Positions 49,716 through 60,313 of a stretch of DNA of 64,000 bases are shown piece after piece; position 1 is the stretch's first letter; every line of letters begins with the position of its first letter. Location of the stretch: assembly GCA_965216875.1 (NCBI GenBank), contig OZ244207.1, forward strand, positions 4,544,001-4,608,000, read 5' to 3'. The translations under genes and the position numbers were made by a program. The notes under the pieces were generated by a model. That model saw only the letters and a program-made list of their open reading frames with translations. It was not told where the DNA came from and did no database searches. The DNA is from Rubripirellula sp. (GTDB lineage Bacteria; Planctomycetota; Planctomycetia; Pirellulales; Pirellulaceae).

Positions 49716-51593
49716 ATGGTTGACAAACTCTCAAGCGAACAACGCGAAGTCGGTCAGGCCAACTATTACGAGGCCGTTGGCAGCTACTACGACGTCAACC
49801 GTCGCGACTTCTTGCGTGGCATTGTTTCGGCAGGTGCCGTCTCGGGCACCGGCCTGGGTGCTGCCTACTTTGGCTACAACAAAGTCGACGACCCTGTTCG
49901 GATCGCGGTCATCGGCACCGGTGACGAAGGCAACGTGCTGATCGGCGGTTGTAATCCCGAATATGTCGACGTCAAAGCCATTTGCGACATTCGTCCCTTC
50001 GGCCAACACCGCGCTTTCCACGGCGACTATGCCAGCCCATCGTCACTGGTTCGTCGTCCCGGTCTGATCAGTGTTGCTGGGTATAAAGATGAAGCCGAAG
50101 CGCGTCGCAACGTCAAAGTCTATGACGGCAGCAATGGCGGCATCATGGCTTGCTTGGATGATCCCGATATTGAAGGGGTCATCATTGCGTTGCCACTTTG
50201 GTTGCACGCACCCGTTGCCGCGTTGGCAATGGAACGAGGCCTGCACGTCCTGACCGAAAAACTGATGGCACACAACGTTGCCCAGTGCAAAGTCATGGCT
50301 CGCATGGCCGCGTCGATGACCGACAAAGCGGGCAATCCGATTCACTTGGCCACCGGTCACCAGCGTCACTACAACGTCAAGTACGACAATGCAGTGAATC
50401 TGATCCGCTGGGGTCTGCTTGGACAACTGCATCACATCCGTGCCCAGTGGCACCGTGGCAACAAGCCGGGCGCCGACAGTTGGAAGATGCCGATCCCTGG
50501 CGGTGAAATGACCGCCAAGGGCGAGAAGTTCGACAAGATCAAAGGCGACATCAAGAACCGACGCACTCGGATTGCCAATGCGTCGAATCCTAAACATGCT
50601 GACTTTGATCCAGGCTCGGTCGCCCTTCTCGAAGCCGAACTTGCACAACTGCTAGCCTGGGACGCCGACAAAGAAGTCGATCCCGGTGAATTCGGCTACG
50701 AGCAGTTCACTTCAGGCGGCAAAGTCTTTTCGCCGATGCACGAACTGCACCGCTGGCGTCTGTTCGAACGAACCGGTGCGGGTCTGATGGCCGAACTAGG
50801 AAGCCACCAACTCGACGCGGTGAGCATCTTCCTGAGTTCGTTGCGAGATGACGGCAAGAAGGTTCATCCGCTTAGCGTTCATGCCGTCGGCGGTCGCCAC
50901 ATGATGCCGCTCGACCGTGACGCGGGCGACCATGTCTATTGCATGTTCGAATTCCCTGGACCGGAATACTCCGAAACGTTCGACGTCGGCTACTACGACC
51001 GGGTTGAAAACTATCCTGATGGACCAACCAAAGGGTTCGGACCAGTCAAGGGTTACGGACAAGAGCCCGAAGGGGACCCGAACAAGAAGGTCGTCGTCAC
51101 TTACTCGTCGATCAACGGCAACGGCTTTGGTGGATGGGGCGAAGTTGTCCTGGGTACCAAAGGCACACTGATCCTGGACAAAGAAACCGACGTTCTGCTT
51201 TATCGCAACAGCGACACGAGCAGCAAAGTGGGTGTCAAGAAACAGGAAGGCGGCTACGCTCTGGACACCAGCGCAAGTGGCGATGTCGCTGCATCGGTTG
51301 CCAAAGCAGCCGATGCCGGCCCGGTCAGCCGTGGTTACCGCGAAGAAATCGAGCACTGGGCATACTGCATTCGCAACCCAGACAAAGAAAACAAGGTTCG
51401 CTGTTACCCCGAAGTCGCGATGGGCGACGCCGTGATCGCTTTGGGAACCAACGTTGCACTCAAGAACGCCAACGCAGGGAAGGGCGGTTACCTTGAGTTC
51501 AAAGAAGAATGGTTCGACGTCGACAGCGATGCCACGCCTGATGACAGTGACATCAAGAAAGAGACCGAATTCATGAAGAAGGATGTCAAGTAG
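49716..51593 (+). CDS. Gfo/Idh/MocA family oxidoreductase with twin-arginine motif
   Basis: NRRDFL; RIAVIGTGDEG; HVLTEK; GHQRHY; MAELGSHQLD. Confidence 0.9.
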   Translation: MVDKLSSEQREVGQANYYEAVGSYYDVNRRDFLRGIVSAGAVSGTGLGAAYFGYNKVDDPVRIAVIGTGDEGNVLIGGCNPEYVDVKAICDIRPFGQHRAFHGDYASPSSLVRRPGLISVAGYKDEAEARRNVKVYDGSNGGIMACLDDPDIEGVIIALPLWLHAPVAALAMERGLHVLTEKLMAHNVAQCKVMARMAASMTDKAGNPIHLATGHQRHYNVKYDNAVNLIRWGLLGQLHHIRAQWHRGNKPGADSWKMPIPGGEMTAKGEKFDKIKGDIKNRRTRIANASNPKHADFDPGSVALLEAELAQLLAWDADKEVDPGEFGYEQFTSGGKVFSPMHELHRWRLFERTGAGLMAELGSHQLDAVSIFLSSLRDDGKKVHPLSVHAVGGRHMMPLDRDAGDHVYCMFEFPGPEYSETFDVGYYDRVENYPDGPTKGFGPVKGYGQEPEGDPNKKVVVTYSSINGNGFGGWGEVVLGTKGTLILDKETDVLLYRNSDTSSKVGVKKQEGGYALDTSASGDVAASVAKAADAGPVSRGYREEIEHWAYCIRNPDKENKVRCYPEVAMGDAVIALGTNVALKNANAGKGGYLEFKEEWFDVDSDATPDDSDIKKETEFMKKDVK

Positions 51594-51607
51594 GTCGTCC
51601 GTCTCTC

Positions 51608-51773
51608 ATCGTTCCCACGGTCCGCCGTGGGAACGCAACTCGGGTAGGTCATGCTGTGCATGACGCTTCTTTCGAGCCTGCTGGTCACGTTGTCTACGTG
51701 GCGACGCTCACCTGAGCGTCGTGCTGGATGAGCGCCACGGCACGCCAAACCAACTTCTGGCGAAGGTAGCGAC
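51608..51773. repeat. REP cluster
   Basis: CGTTCCCACGGTCCGCCGTGGGAACG; GTAGGTCATGCTGTGCATGAC (51644-51664); degenerate GTAGCTAC-family doublet at 51698-51773. Confidence 0.8.
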
Positions 51774-51803
51774 GACCAACGCCAGAGCTTCGCCATTTTC
51801 GTC

Positions 51804-52313
51804 TTAGCGAGTGTGGACAAAAACAGGAACGTAGACCCGACGATTGCCGTAGCGGCTCGAAGTCATGGGCACGGGGTTCCAGTTTGGCCGTAGTGGCTCG
51901 TAGCCCATCCACAGGTTGTATTCCAATCGGGCAACGCGTTGCTGAGCGCGATAGAGGGCGCGAGCTTGGCGGAGTTCCGCAACGGACATCTTCGATCGTG
52001 AGACGTCCGACTCGCTGGTCGTGTTACGCTCGAATTGTGGCGGTTGAGGCACCGATTCGATGGCGGTTGCAGGAGCGGGAACGGGTTCCACTTGGGCAAC
52101 ACGAATCGGCTCGGGCAGTGTGTCTTGGAACGCATCTGCTGAGGGAACCAATTCAATTTCTTCATCAAGGAAACGAATTTCAGTCTCGTTGTTTTCCGCT
52201 TGCAGTGGCGGCATCAGCTCAGTTTCCAGCCCAAATTCTTGAGCGGTGGCGGGGGCGACGGCACAAATCATCGCAATCGCGGCCGCACAACGTACGAAGT
52301 GACGCATCTTCAT
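51804..52313 (-). CDS. Exported hypothetical protein
   Basis: Signal peptide (...APATAQ); C-terminal RQARALYRAQQRVARLEYNLWMGYEPLRP; RBS GAGGA. Confidence 0.75.
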   Translation of the reverse strand: MKMRHFVRCAAAIAMICAVAPATAQEFGLETELMPPLQAENNETEIRFLDEEIELVPSADAFQDTLPEPIRVAQVEPVPAPATAIESVPQPPQFERNTTSESDVSRSKMSVAELRQARALYRAQQRVARLEYNLWMGYEPLRPNWNPVPMTSSRYGNRRVYVPVFVHTR

Positions 52314-52711
52314 GATTGTCCTCTAGCCGAATTCTGGGTTCGGTCGGTCGTTACGGGAATTTTCACGCGACTGATCACTCGTGGCGGGTCAACCACGGAT
52401 CTCGATTCTCAGGCGCATCTGAGGCTCTGAATCGGTGCTTAGGGTCACTATTATCCAGTTTGTTCCGAATAGTGCGCCAAGGTTTAGGTCCAGTTGTGCC
52501 GAGTGTAGGGGTTATTTCGGTCATCCCTACTTTCATTCTGCCGAAAACCGATTCCACTGTAGGGCGATTCTTAATTGAATCGAGATGATGTAGCATTGAA
52601 TCCATGCATGCCGCGGGGCCGTTTTGCTGGTGTCCACCAGCTCCCTGAACGCATTCAATGGTTTCGATAGAAACGTTTCTGTCAATTTCCTTCCAACGGA
52701 GACCTCTCCCC

Positions 52712-52924
52712 GTGAAACAGCTTTCCCTGATCCTCCGCGGCTTTGCTGCGATGGCCGTTTTGACTCTGACTTTCGGTTGCTCACCTTCGGACACCGAAGT
52801 GAACACCTCGACCGAGACGCCAGCCGCTGAAAGCTCGACTGACTCAAACACAACTGCTGGTACGGAAACTCCTGACAGCAACGTGACCACCGGTAGCGAA
52901 ACTCCAGACACCGAAACTCCCTAG
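52712..52924 (+). CDS. Small Ser/Thr/Glu-rich lipoprotein
   Basis: GTG after GGAG; LTLTFGC lipobox; repeated (T/S)ETPD motifs. Confidence 0.65.
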   Translation: MKQLSLILRGFAAMAVLTLTFGCSPSDTEVNTSTETPAAESSTDSNTTAGTETPDSNVTTGSETPDTETP

Positions 52925-52964
52925 TTTCGACGTTCCACACTGAACGTGTGTCTCAAATCCAGCC

Positions 52965-53365
<401 letters not shown>

Positions 53366-53539
53366 TGGGATTCACAGCCGAGGGGTAGAGAACCGCACGC
53401 TATCGCGATTGCGGCTGATGGGGAGGATGAAACAACGCCTGAGAAATCAAAAAATCTTCTCTAATCGCTAAAGCTTCTCAGTTGGCGATGCCGAAACCAA
53501 TTGACGGGGGTGGGGACACCGCGCGCTTGGTGATGCGCC

Positions 53540-54718
53540 ATGACTGTGAAACTCCACGCTGTCACTCGATATCTGCTGACGCTGCTCCCCGTTCTTTTCC
53601 TGACGGGATGTTGCTCTTTCATTCCGGACAAGCGTTCGCGGGATGTGGTCCACAATCCGTTCCCGCAACTCAAGCGGGTCGCCGTGCTGCCGTTTTTCAA
53701 CCAAAGCAGCGAACCAACGGTCGACACTGATCAGGTCGCGGAAAAGTACTACGCCGCCCTGCAGTCCGTTCCCGGGTTCGAAGTCTTGCCGGTCGGGGTC
53801 AGTCGCGAGGCATGGATGCGTTACGCCACCGCCAATGGCGAGCCACGGACCGGAGCCGAATTCCAGAAGCTTGCTAACGAACTGGGCGTCGAAGCGATCG
53901 TGGTCGGTTCGGTCACCGACTTTGACCCCTATTATCCGCCTCGGATGTCCATGACCGTCCATTGGTACGCTGCCAACGAAGGCTTCCACCCCATTCCTGC
54001 TGGCTACGGACTGCCATGGGGAACGGAAGGGGAAAAACAGATCCCAAGGCGCATCGTGCGCGAAGCCGAATTCGAACTGGCTCGCAGCCAACTTGCCACA
54101 CAAACACCTGTGATTGAGGACATGAGTGCCGCGCCACCGCCACAGGCGATGCGTGGGGACGTTCGCCCGATCGCGGCCATCCAGGAAATTCCGACGCCAC
54201 CGGCCGACGAGCCTGTTCCGGCACCAGCTAGCGACGGCACGGCCCTAGCCGAAATGTTGCCTCCCAATTCCGTCCCGGCTCTTCCAGAGATGCCGCCAGC
54301 CGATCAGTTTCACAACACGGCTGTTCCACAGCCCGGCAACCCGATGTGGTCTGGTGAGATGCCGCCAGGCGAATATGCCGACATGATGGGTCCGCCGATG
54401 CCGGCAAATTGGCCTGACGCAACCGACTTCATTCCTGATCCACCGGTTCCGGTTGCTCCTGTCGCGATCGCTAACAGCAAGCCTGTATTGTCGCACACAA
54501 AGATGTATCGAGGTGACGACGCCTACTTCACCAACCGGTTGGCCGATTACGTGGAAACCGGTGACGATGCCCGTCCGGGAGGATGGCAGGATTACTTAAA
54601 ACGTAGCGATGATTTCATTCATTTCTGTTGTCACTTGCACATCACCGAAATGCTTGAATCGAGGGGCGGTAGAGACAAAAGCGAACTCATCTTGCGATGG
54701 CCTCTGAGCCGATACTGA
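53540..54718 (+). CDS. Hypothetical lipoprotein with Pro-rich insertion
   Basis: FLTGC lipobox; RVAVLPFFNQS ... LGVEAIVVGSVTDFDPY. Confidence 0.75.
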   Translation: MTVKLHAVTRYLLTLLPVLFLTGCCSFIPDKRSRDVVHNPFPQLKRVAVLPFFNQSSEPTVDTDQVAEKYYAALQSVPGFEVLPVGVSREAWMRYATANGEPRTGAEFQKLANELGVEAIVVGSVTDFDPYYPPRMSMTVHWYAANEGFHPIPAGYGLPWGTEGEKQIPRRIVREAEFELARSQLATQTPVIEDMSAAPPPQAMRGDVRPIAAIQEIPTPPADEPVPAPASDGTALAEMLPPNSVPALPEMPPADQFHNTAVPQPGNPMWSGEMPPGEYADMMGPPMPANWPDATDFIPDPPVPVAPVAIANSKPVLSHTKMYRGDDAYFTNRLADYVETGDDARPGGWQDYLKRSDDFIHFCCHLHITEMLESRGGRDKSELILRWPLSRY

Positions 54719-54894
54719 GCCAGTGAGACGACGAAGCGTCGGCGCCCGAGGTCATCCCGCATGACAGCAAATGCCGCAAATTTCCCGCAGAAAGCATGCT
54801 TCGAAGTCCTCAGTGATGCGTTCGAATCCCGTAAGTCGGGCGCAAGCACTTGTGTGAGCCGGCATCGAGTACTGCAAATCGGAAACGCGCCCCG

Positions 54895-55140
54895 ATGGAA
54901 AGAGAAATCAACGTCCTGGCGTTGGTCAAAGGTGAGGAACGTTTCATCTTCCTCTTTGATGACGAAAACCGCGACGAAACACTGCGTCAATTGGCGCGAT
55001 TCGCCGCTGACCCTGAACTCGACTTTTCGTGGTACGACGCCGCGATGTTGAGCCGCAAGATTCGTGACGCTGTTCCAACGGATGATGATCTGTTGGCCAG
55101 CGAAGAATTCGACAGTCTCTCGATTGACGATTTCCACTAA
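54895..55140 (+). CDS. Small acidic hypothetical protein
   Basis: MEREINVLALVKGEERFIFLFDDENRDETLRQLARFAADPELDFSWYDAAMLS; protein-like composition; co-oriented with xerC. Confidence 0.7.
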   Translation: MEREINVLALVKGEERFIFLFDDENRDETLRQLARFAADPELDFSWYDAAMLSRKIRDAVPTDDDLLASEEFDSLSIDDFH

Positions 55141-55188
55141 TCAAAGCCGTCACGATTCGGCACGCAAACTTATCGAGTTGAAAGTCGC

Positions 55189-56091
55189 ATGCGCAGCGCC
55201 GTCGTTCAATTCTTGAAGCACCTTGCGATCGAGCGCAATGCGTCAGACTTGACGATCAAAGCGTATCGTGAAGACCTCTTCGGTCTGCTTGAGTGGTTGG
55301 AACACGAACAGGGTTCGCTACCGGATCCCGATGCGCTGAGTCCTCAAGACTTGCGTCGCTTCCAAGCGGCTCTCTCCGAAGCGGGTTATGCGCGAAGCAC
55401 CATTTCTCGCAAACTCGCGTCGCTGCGTAGTTTCTATCGCTACGCCATGCGCCAGGGACTCGCCTCGAGCAATCCCGCAAAACCGCTTCGCAATCCGCGG
55501 CGACAACGCAAGTTGCCGATGGTCCTGACTTCCAAGGAAGTCGGTCGCCTCTTGCTCGCCCCGCCCGCAAACACGGTAGCGGGTCTTCGAGATCGCGCGA
55601 TCCTGGAAACGATGTATTCAGCGGGCCTCCGCGTCAGCGAATTGGTCGGGCTTCGCGATGGTGACATTGATCGCGACGACCAAGTGCTTCGAGTCCGAGG
55701 TAAGGGTCGCAAAGAACGCATCAGCCCACTCGGCTCGTTTGCGCTGCGCGCAATTGATCGCTATGCCAAGGATCGCGTCCGAGATCCAAAAACGGACGCC
55801 CTCGGACGCGACGCGCCGGTCTTCGTCAACCGCTTCGGCCGAGGATTGACCACCCGCAGCGTCGGCCGGATGCTCGAAAAATACATCGCGGCCGCCGAAC
55901 TTGATTCGCGGACCAGCCCCCACACGCTGCGCCACAGTTTCGCCACCCACCTGCTCGACCGGGGTGCCGACATTCGCAGCGTTCAAGAATTGCTGGGGCA
56001 CAAGAATCTCGCCACCACGCAAATCTACACGCACGTCAGCGCCGCCAACCTGCGACAGGTCTACGAGCAAGCCCACCCACGCGCCAGTTAA
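55189..56091 (+). CDS. xerC: Tyrosine recombinase XerC/XerD family
   Basis: RDRAILETMYSAGLRVSEL, GKGRKER, HTLRHSFATHLL, LLGH...TTQIYTHV. Confidence 0.9.
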   Translation: MRSAVVQFLKHLAIERNASDLTIKAYREDLFGLLEWLEHEQGSLPDPDALSPQDLRRFQAALSEAGYARSTISRKLASLRSFYRYAMRQGLASSNPAKPLRNPRRQRKLPMVLTSKEVGRLLLAPPANTVAGLRDRAILETMYSAGLRVSELVGLRDGDIDRDDQVLRVRGKGRKERISPLGSFALRAIDRYAKDRVRDPKTDALGRDAPVFVNRFGRGLTTRSVGRMLEKYIAAAELDSRTSPHTLRHSFATHLLDRGADIRSVQELLGHKNLATTQIYTHVSAANLRQVYEQAHPRAS

Positions 56092-56096
56092 CCCAA

Positions 56097-56167
56097 GTAG
56101 GGTGTGTGCTTGCACGCACCACTTTTCTGGCATGTCGCGGATTGGTGCGTGCAAGCACACACCCTAC
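56097..56167. repeat. GTAG-REP doublet (REPIN) between convergent genes
   Basis: GTAGGGTGTGTGCTTGCACGCACC ... GGTGCGTGCAAGCACACACCCTAC, perfectly complementary arms. Confidence 0.9.
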
Positions 56168-56231
56168 GTGCCACTTTCAACGATCACGACGCTCTCGCGA
56201 TTTCGGCGCATCGATGACCGGTTTCCCGAGA

Positions 56232-56900
56232 TCACTTGTAGCGTTTTTTGAGCGATTCGGGTGACGCTCCGCACGCGTAGGCGATTTGCAGCCGCCAATT
56301 GAGTAGCGTTTGGCGAACAACCCCTTTGGTCTGCCAGCGTCTGGCACTGATGGTGACGGGCCCATCAAGCAGCTTTGGTTTAGCAACTTTTCGAAGTGTT
56401 TTCGACAACGCGACATCTTCCATCAATGGAATCTCGGGAAAGCCACCTTGCTGTTTGTAGAGTGCACGTCGCACAAAAATCGCCTGATCACCAAACGGGA
56501 CGCCTCGCCACGTCACCCGCAGCGCATTCCCCCACTCAAGCATTCGATAACGAAATCCGTCCGCATCAATGCGTTGTCGGAATGCGCCCCATTCGGCCTC
56601 CTCGTCGCAGATCTGTTGCAGACAGTCGGCGGCAAGCACATTGTCAGCGTGCAGGAAGAGTAAGTACTCGCGCTGTGCGACAAAGGCTCCGGCGTTGAGT
56701 TGAATCCCGCGGCCGGGCAAGGAGGCTACTAGCTTGGTCGCGCCGGCTGCTTTCGCGTTGGCGACCGTGTCATCACGACTGCCACCATCGGAAACAATGA
56801 TCTCGGTTGCACCGGCCGCAATCGCCGATTCGATCGACGTTGCGATCGCGTCCTGTTCGTTGATCGCCGGAATGACAATCGATATGTCGGCCGGTGTCAT
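56232..56900 (-). CDS. GT2 glycosyltransferase, TIGR04283-like
   Basis: SIVIPAINE, DGGSRD, GRGIQLNAGA, LFLHAD, FGDQAIF, PLMEDV, SARRW. Confidence 0.88.
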   Translation of the reverse strand: MTPADISIVIPAINEQDAIATSIESAIAAGATEIIVSDGGSRDDTVANAKAAGATKLVASLPGRGIQLNAGAFVAQREYLLFLHADNVLAADCLQQICDEEAEWGAFRQRIDADGFRYRMLEWGNALRVTWRGVPFGDQAIFVRRALYKQQGGFPEIPLMEDVALSKTLRKVAKPKLLDGPVTISARRWQTKGVVRQTLLNWRLQIAYACGASPESLKKRYK

Positions 56901-58036
56901 ACGGTTTGGACTTCGCGAAGCCGAGCGTACGCGAGCGGACCGAAAACGATCAACGGAACCCACGCCGCCATGGCCGGCGTTAGCAGGTACCCGCTACCAC
57001 CGAGCGCTCCAGCCAACGTTTTGACGGCGAAGAACATCAACACGGTGAACATCGCGATCCCGATCAGGACGAACAGATTCCGTCCACGTCGATTCACAAC
57101 CAACGGCAGCCCCAGCATCACCAATGCAAAATCGAGCGGGGCGCGGATGATGCGTTCGTGCAGGAGGACGTGCAAGCCCATGCTGCTGTAGACCGATGGG
57201 TTCGTGACATATCCGGTCAACTCAGCGACCGACGCGTACCGAGTCGCCGACTGATTGGTCTGCAACAGACTGGTGTCGATCGTCGTCGCAAAAAAGCACT
57301 GGTTCGCGCCAAGCCAGATTTGATCATGACTGGTCATCAGGATCGGCCGGTCCTTGGTCGAAATCGATGGCAAGCGGTCAATGTTCTCTGGCATCCGGAC
57401 CCGCTCAAGCAGGTAGCCGCTCGGATGGTCGGTCGTCGCCTCCACCCAACGCGCCGATTCGGCCATCAACAGATCGCCATAGCCCGGGTAATCTCCATCG
57501 AGTCGAAAGTTCGGCTGACGAATGGTCTGCTCGTGAGTCAGCAATGAAGTACCATCAACCAAGATCCGACTCGCCTTGTCGTACTTTGCCAAAATCGGCT
57601 GTTCGCTCTCGCCCGAGATGTCCTTGCCTTTCAGGGTCAGCGCATCGCGAAAACCAGGCAACAGGAATTCGCGGTTTGCCAGCTGCAACACAATGATCGC
57701 CAACGACGCGATCACCATCGGTCGCAGAATCCGCCCGTGTGAAACGCCCGCAGCCAGTGTGGCGGTCAATTCACCCGACCGCCGCAGCCACCCCACCGTG
57801 AATAGCAGTGACATCAACGCAATGATCGCTGCCGTCCAATCGAACAAAAGCAGCATGTAGGGTCCGTAAAACCGAGTCATCACGCGAACCAAACCGCCTT
57901 CCGTTTGCCCCTGACGGACCAAATCGTCCATCCGCGTGAACGCGTGAAACACGATGAAGATTCCAGCAATCGAACAAAAGCAAACGAGGACCGTTCGCAG
58001 AAAGAGCACCAGAATGTAGCGATCGATTTTGGTCAC
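56897..58036 (-). CDS. lptG: LptF/LptG family permease
   Basis: IDRYIL start, GELTATLAAGVS...RILRP, LGLPL, AAWVP. Confidence 0.8.
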   Translation of the reverse strand: MTKIDRYILVLFLRTVLVCFCSIAGIFIVFHAFTRMDDLVRQGQTEGGLVRVMTRFYGPYMLLLFDWTAAIIALMSLLFTVGWLRRSGELTATLAAGVSHGRILRPMVIASLAIIVLQLANREFLLPGFRDALTLKGKDISGESEQPILAKYDKASRILVDGTSLLTHEQTIRQPNFRLDGDYPGYGDLLMAESARWVEATTDHPSGYLLERVRMPENIDRLPSISTKDRPILMTSHDQIWLGANQCFFATTIDTSLLQTNQSATRYASVAELTGYVTNPSVYSSMGLHVLLHERIIRAPLDFALVMLGLPLVVNRRGRNLFVLIGIAMFTVLMFFAVKTLAGALGGSGYLLTPAMAAWVPLIVFGPLAYARLREVQTV

Positions 58037-58146
58037 AGCTGGCCGATTGGTTCACAAATCGCGTGGAGGGCAGAGACGGGCGGCCTGGAATATCCCGGTT
58101 TGCCCCCGCGCAACGCAAGATCATCCCCGAAGGCGTCCGGCGAGAC

Positions 58147-58238
58147 GCAGCTACCTTCGCCAGACCGTGGATGTGCCGCGATCGCCATTCTCCGCGTCCA
58201 ACCACTCTGGCCAACCACACTCTGGCGAGCGTGGCTAC
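58147..58238. repeat. Degenerate GTAGCTAC-family REP doublet
   Basis: GCAGCTACCTTCGCCAGACCGTGG ... CCACACTCTGGCGAGCGTGGCTAC. Confidence 0.8.
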
Positions 58239-58324
58239 CGAGATCTTGCCACCTCGCCTGTCATTCACAGGTAGACACACAACTACGCTAAAATGCTTGC
58301 ATTAGTTCCAAGCGATTCAACTTG

Positions 58325-59701
58325 ATGTCACAGGCCAGATTCGTGCTTCGAGAACTCACCTACTATCGCAATGTCCTTTCCATCGTTGGGGACATCCTGA
58401 AGGTTCGTGCCAAGAACGTCGGACTTGGCGATCAGGCGGTGGTCGAAAACTGGGACGGCGAAAAATCACTCGCTCAAGTCATCTCGGTCCAAAACGACGA
58501 AGTGTCGCTGCAAGTTTTCACCGGTGGCAAAGGGCTTTCGACCGAAGCTCGAGTCCAATTCCTCGGCCACCCATCGCAGGTCACCTACTCGACCAACATC
58601 TTGGGGCGCGTGTTTGACGGATCCGGTATCCCCATTGATGGTGGCCCCACTCTTTCAAGTGATGCCAAGATTGATGTCGGTGGCCCCTCGGTCAATCCAG
58701 TCATGCGCGTCGTGCCCAAGCGGATGATCGAAACCAAAGTGCCGATGATCGACGTCTTCAATTGCTTGGTCGAGAGTCAGAAGATTCCGATCTTTTCGGT
58801 CGCCGGTGAACCCTACAACCAACTTCTCGCTCGCATCGGCATCCAAGCGGATGCCGAAATCGTCGTCTTTGGCGGTATGGGGTTGGTGTTTGATGACTAC
58901 CATTTTTTCCGCACCACGTTTGAACAGGAAGGGATGCTGCCGCGCACGGTGATGTTCGTCAATCAAGCATCCGATCCCGTGGTCGAACGGATGCTCGTTC
59001 CCGACATGGCGTTGAAAGTCGCCGAGCGTTTTGCGGTCGAGCAAAACAAACGCGTGCTTGTTTTGCTAACCGACATGACCGCTTATGCCGACGCGCTCAA
59101 AGAAGTTGGGATCTCGATGGAACGGGTCCCGGCGACACGCGGGTACATGGGGGACTTGTACAGCCAACTTGCCACGCGATACGAGCGTGCATGCGACTAT
59201 CGTGGTGCCGGCTCAGTCACCATCCTGACCGTCACCACCATGCCGGGCGACGATGTCACTCACCCCGTACCGGACAACACGGGCTACATCACCGAAGGCC
59301 AATTCTACCTGCATGGCGGCATGATCGATCCGTTCGGATCACTGTCTCGCCTGAAGCAACAAGTGATCGGCAAGACCACGCGTGAAGACCACGGCCAATT
59401 GATGAACACCATGGTCCGGTTTTATTCGGGCGCAAAAGACGCCCAGAAGAAACAAGCGATGGCATTTGACCTGTCACCGTTCGATCACAAACTGCTTCGG
59501 TTTGGCGAGCTCTTCCGAACCCGATTCATGGACATCAACGTGTCGATTCCGTTGATTGATGCACTTGATTTGGGCTGGAAAACGCTGGCCGAGTGCTTTG
59601 CCCCCGAAGAATTGCTGATGAAGCAAAGTTTGATCGACAAGTATTTCCCCAAGCCTAAATCGCCTGAACCCGATCGCGAGCCCAAGGGGAGTCAATCATG
59701 A
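58325..59701 (+). CDS. V/A-type ATP synthase subunit B
   Basis: SQKIPIFS, VLVLLTDMTAYADAL, RGYMGDLYSQLA.RYERA, THPVPDNTGYITEGQ, SLSRLK. Confidence 0.95.
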   Translation: MSQARFVLRELTYYRNVLSIVGDILKVRAKNVGLGDQAVVENWDGEKSLAQVISVQNDEVSLQVFTGGKGLSTEARVQFLGHPSQVTYSTNILGRVFDGSGIPIDGGPTLSSDAKIDVGGPSVNPVMRVVPKRMIETKVPMIDVFNCLVESQKIPIFSVAGEPYNQLLARIGIQADAEIVVFGGMGLVFDDYHFFRTTFEQEGMLPRTVMFVNQASDPVVERMLVPDMALKVAERFAVEQNKRVLVLLTDMTAYADALKEVGISMERVPATRGYMGDLYSQLATRYERACDYRGAGSVTILTVTTMPGDDVTHPVPDNTGYITEGQFYLHGGMIDPFGSLSRLKQQVIGKTTREDHGQLMNTMVRFYSGAKDAQKKQAMAFDLSPFDHKLLRFGELFRTRFMDINVSIPLIDALDLGWKTLAECFAPEELLMKQSLIDKYFPKPKSPEPDREPKGSQS

Positions 59702-60300
59702 GGCTTGCACTGAACAAAAACTCGCTCAAACAGCAACGCGACCATTTGACGATGTACCGTCGGTTTTTGCCGTCGCTCGACCTGAAGCGACAGCAATTGA
59801 TGACGGCCTGGAAACAGTCAAAAGACGAGCTCGAAGAGCACCAGAAGGCAGCCGAACAATACCGCCATTCGCTCGACCAACTCCTTCCATTGCTCGGCAG
59901 TAGCACGCTTCGATCGCGCAGCTTGGGATCGCTTGTTCGCGTTTCCCACGTTGACCTTGGCGAAGAAAACGTCGTCGGCGCGACGTTGCCGTACATTCGT
60001 GAAGTTCAATTCGAACGAACCGAATACTCAACCCTTATCTTGCCTTTCTGGGTCGATCAATTGGTCGACAGTCTCGAAAAGCTGGCAGAACTTCGCCTTC
60101 GTGTCCAAGTCTTTCAAGCGAGAACGGATCGCTTGGCCGCAGCCGTTCGCAAAATCACTCAGCGGGTCAACCTTTTCGAGAAGGTACTCATCCCCAACAC
60201 CGAGGAGAGCATCAAACGGATTCAAATCGCACTTTCCGATGAAGAACGCGCGGCGGTCGTACGTTCAAAACTTGCCAAACGAAAACATGGCCAGGTTTGA
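59698..60300 (+). CDS. V/A-type ATP synthase subunit D
   Basis: LPSLDLKRQQL, KITQRVNLFEKVLIP. Confidence 0.93.
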   Translation: MRLALNKNSLKQQRDHLTMYRRFLPSLDLKRQQLMTAWKQSKDELEEHQKAAEQYRHSLDQLLPLLGSSTLRSRSLGSLVRVSHVDLGEENVVGATLPYIREVQFERTEYSTLILPFWVDQLVDSLEKLAELRLRVQVFQARTDRLAAAVRKITQRVNLFEKVLIPNTEESIKRIQIALSDEERAAVVRSKLAKRKHGQV

Positions 60301-60313
60301 GGAGGCGTGATCG

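Noticed and set aside
54859..54876. CCGGCATCGAGTACTGCA as a sigma54 promoter
   Set aside because: GG-to-GC spacing is 11, not the required 10
55189..56091. Tyrosine recombinase as a prophage or island integrase
   Set aside because: XerC-like length and motifs; no tRNA, att repeats or mobile cargo; no dif-like site recognised
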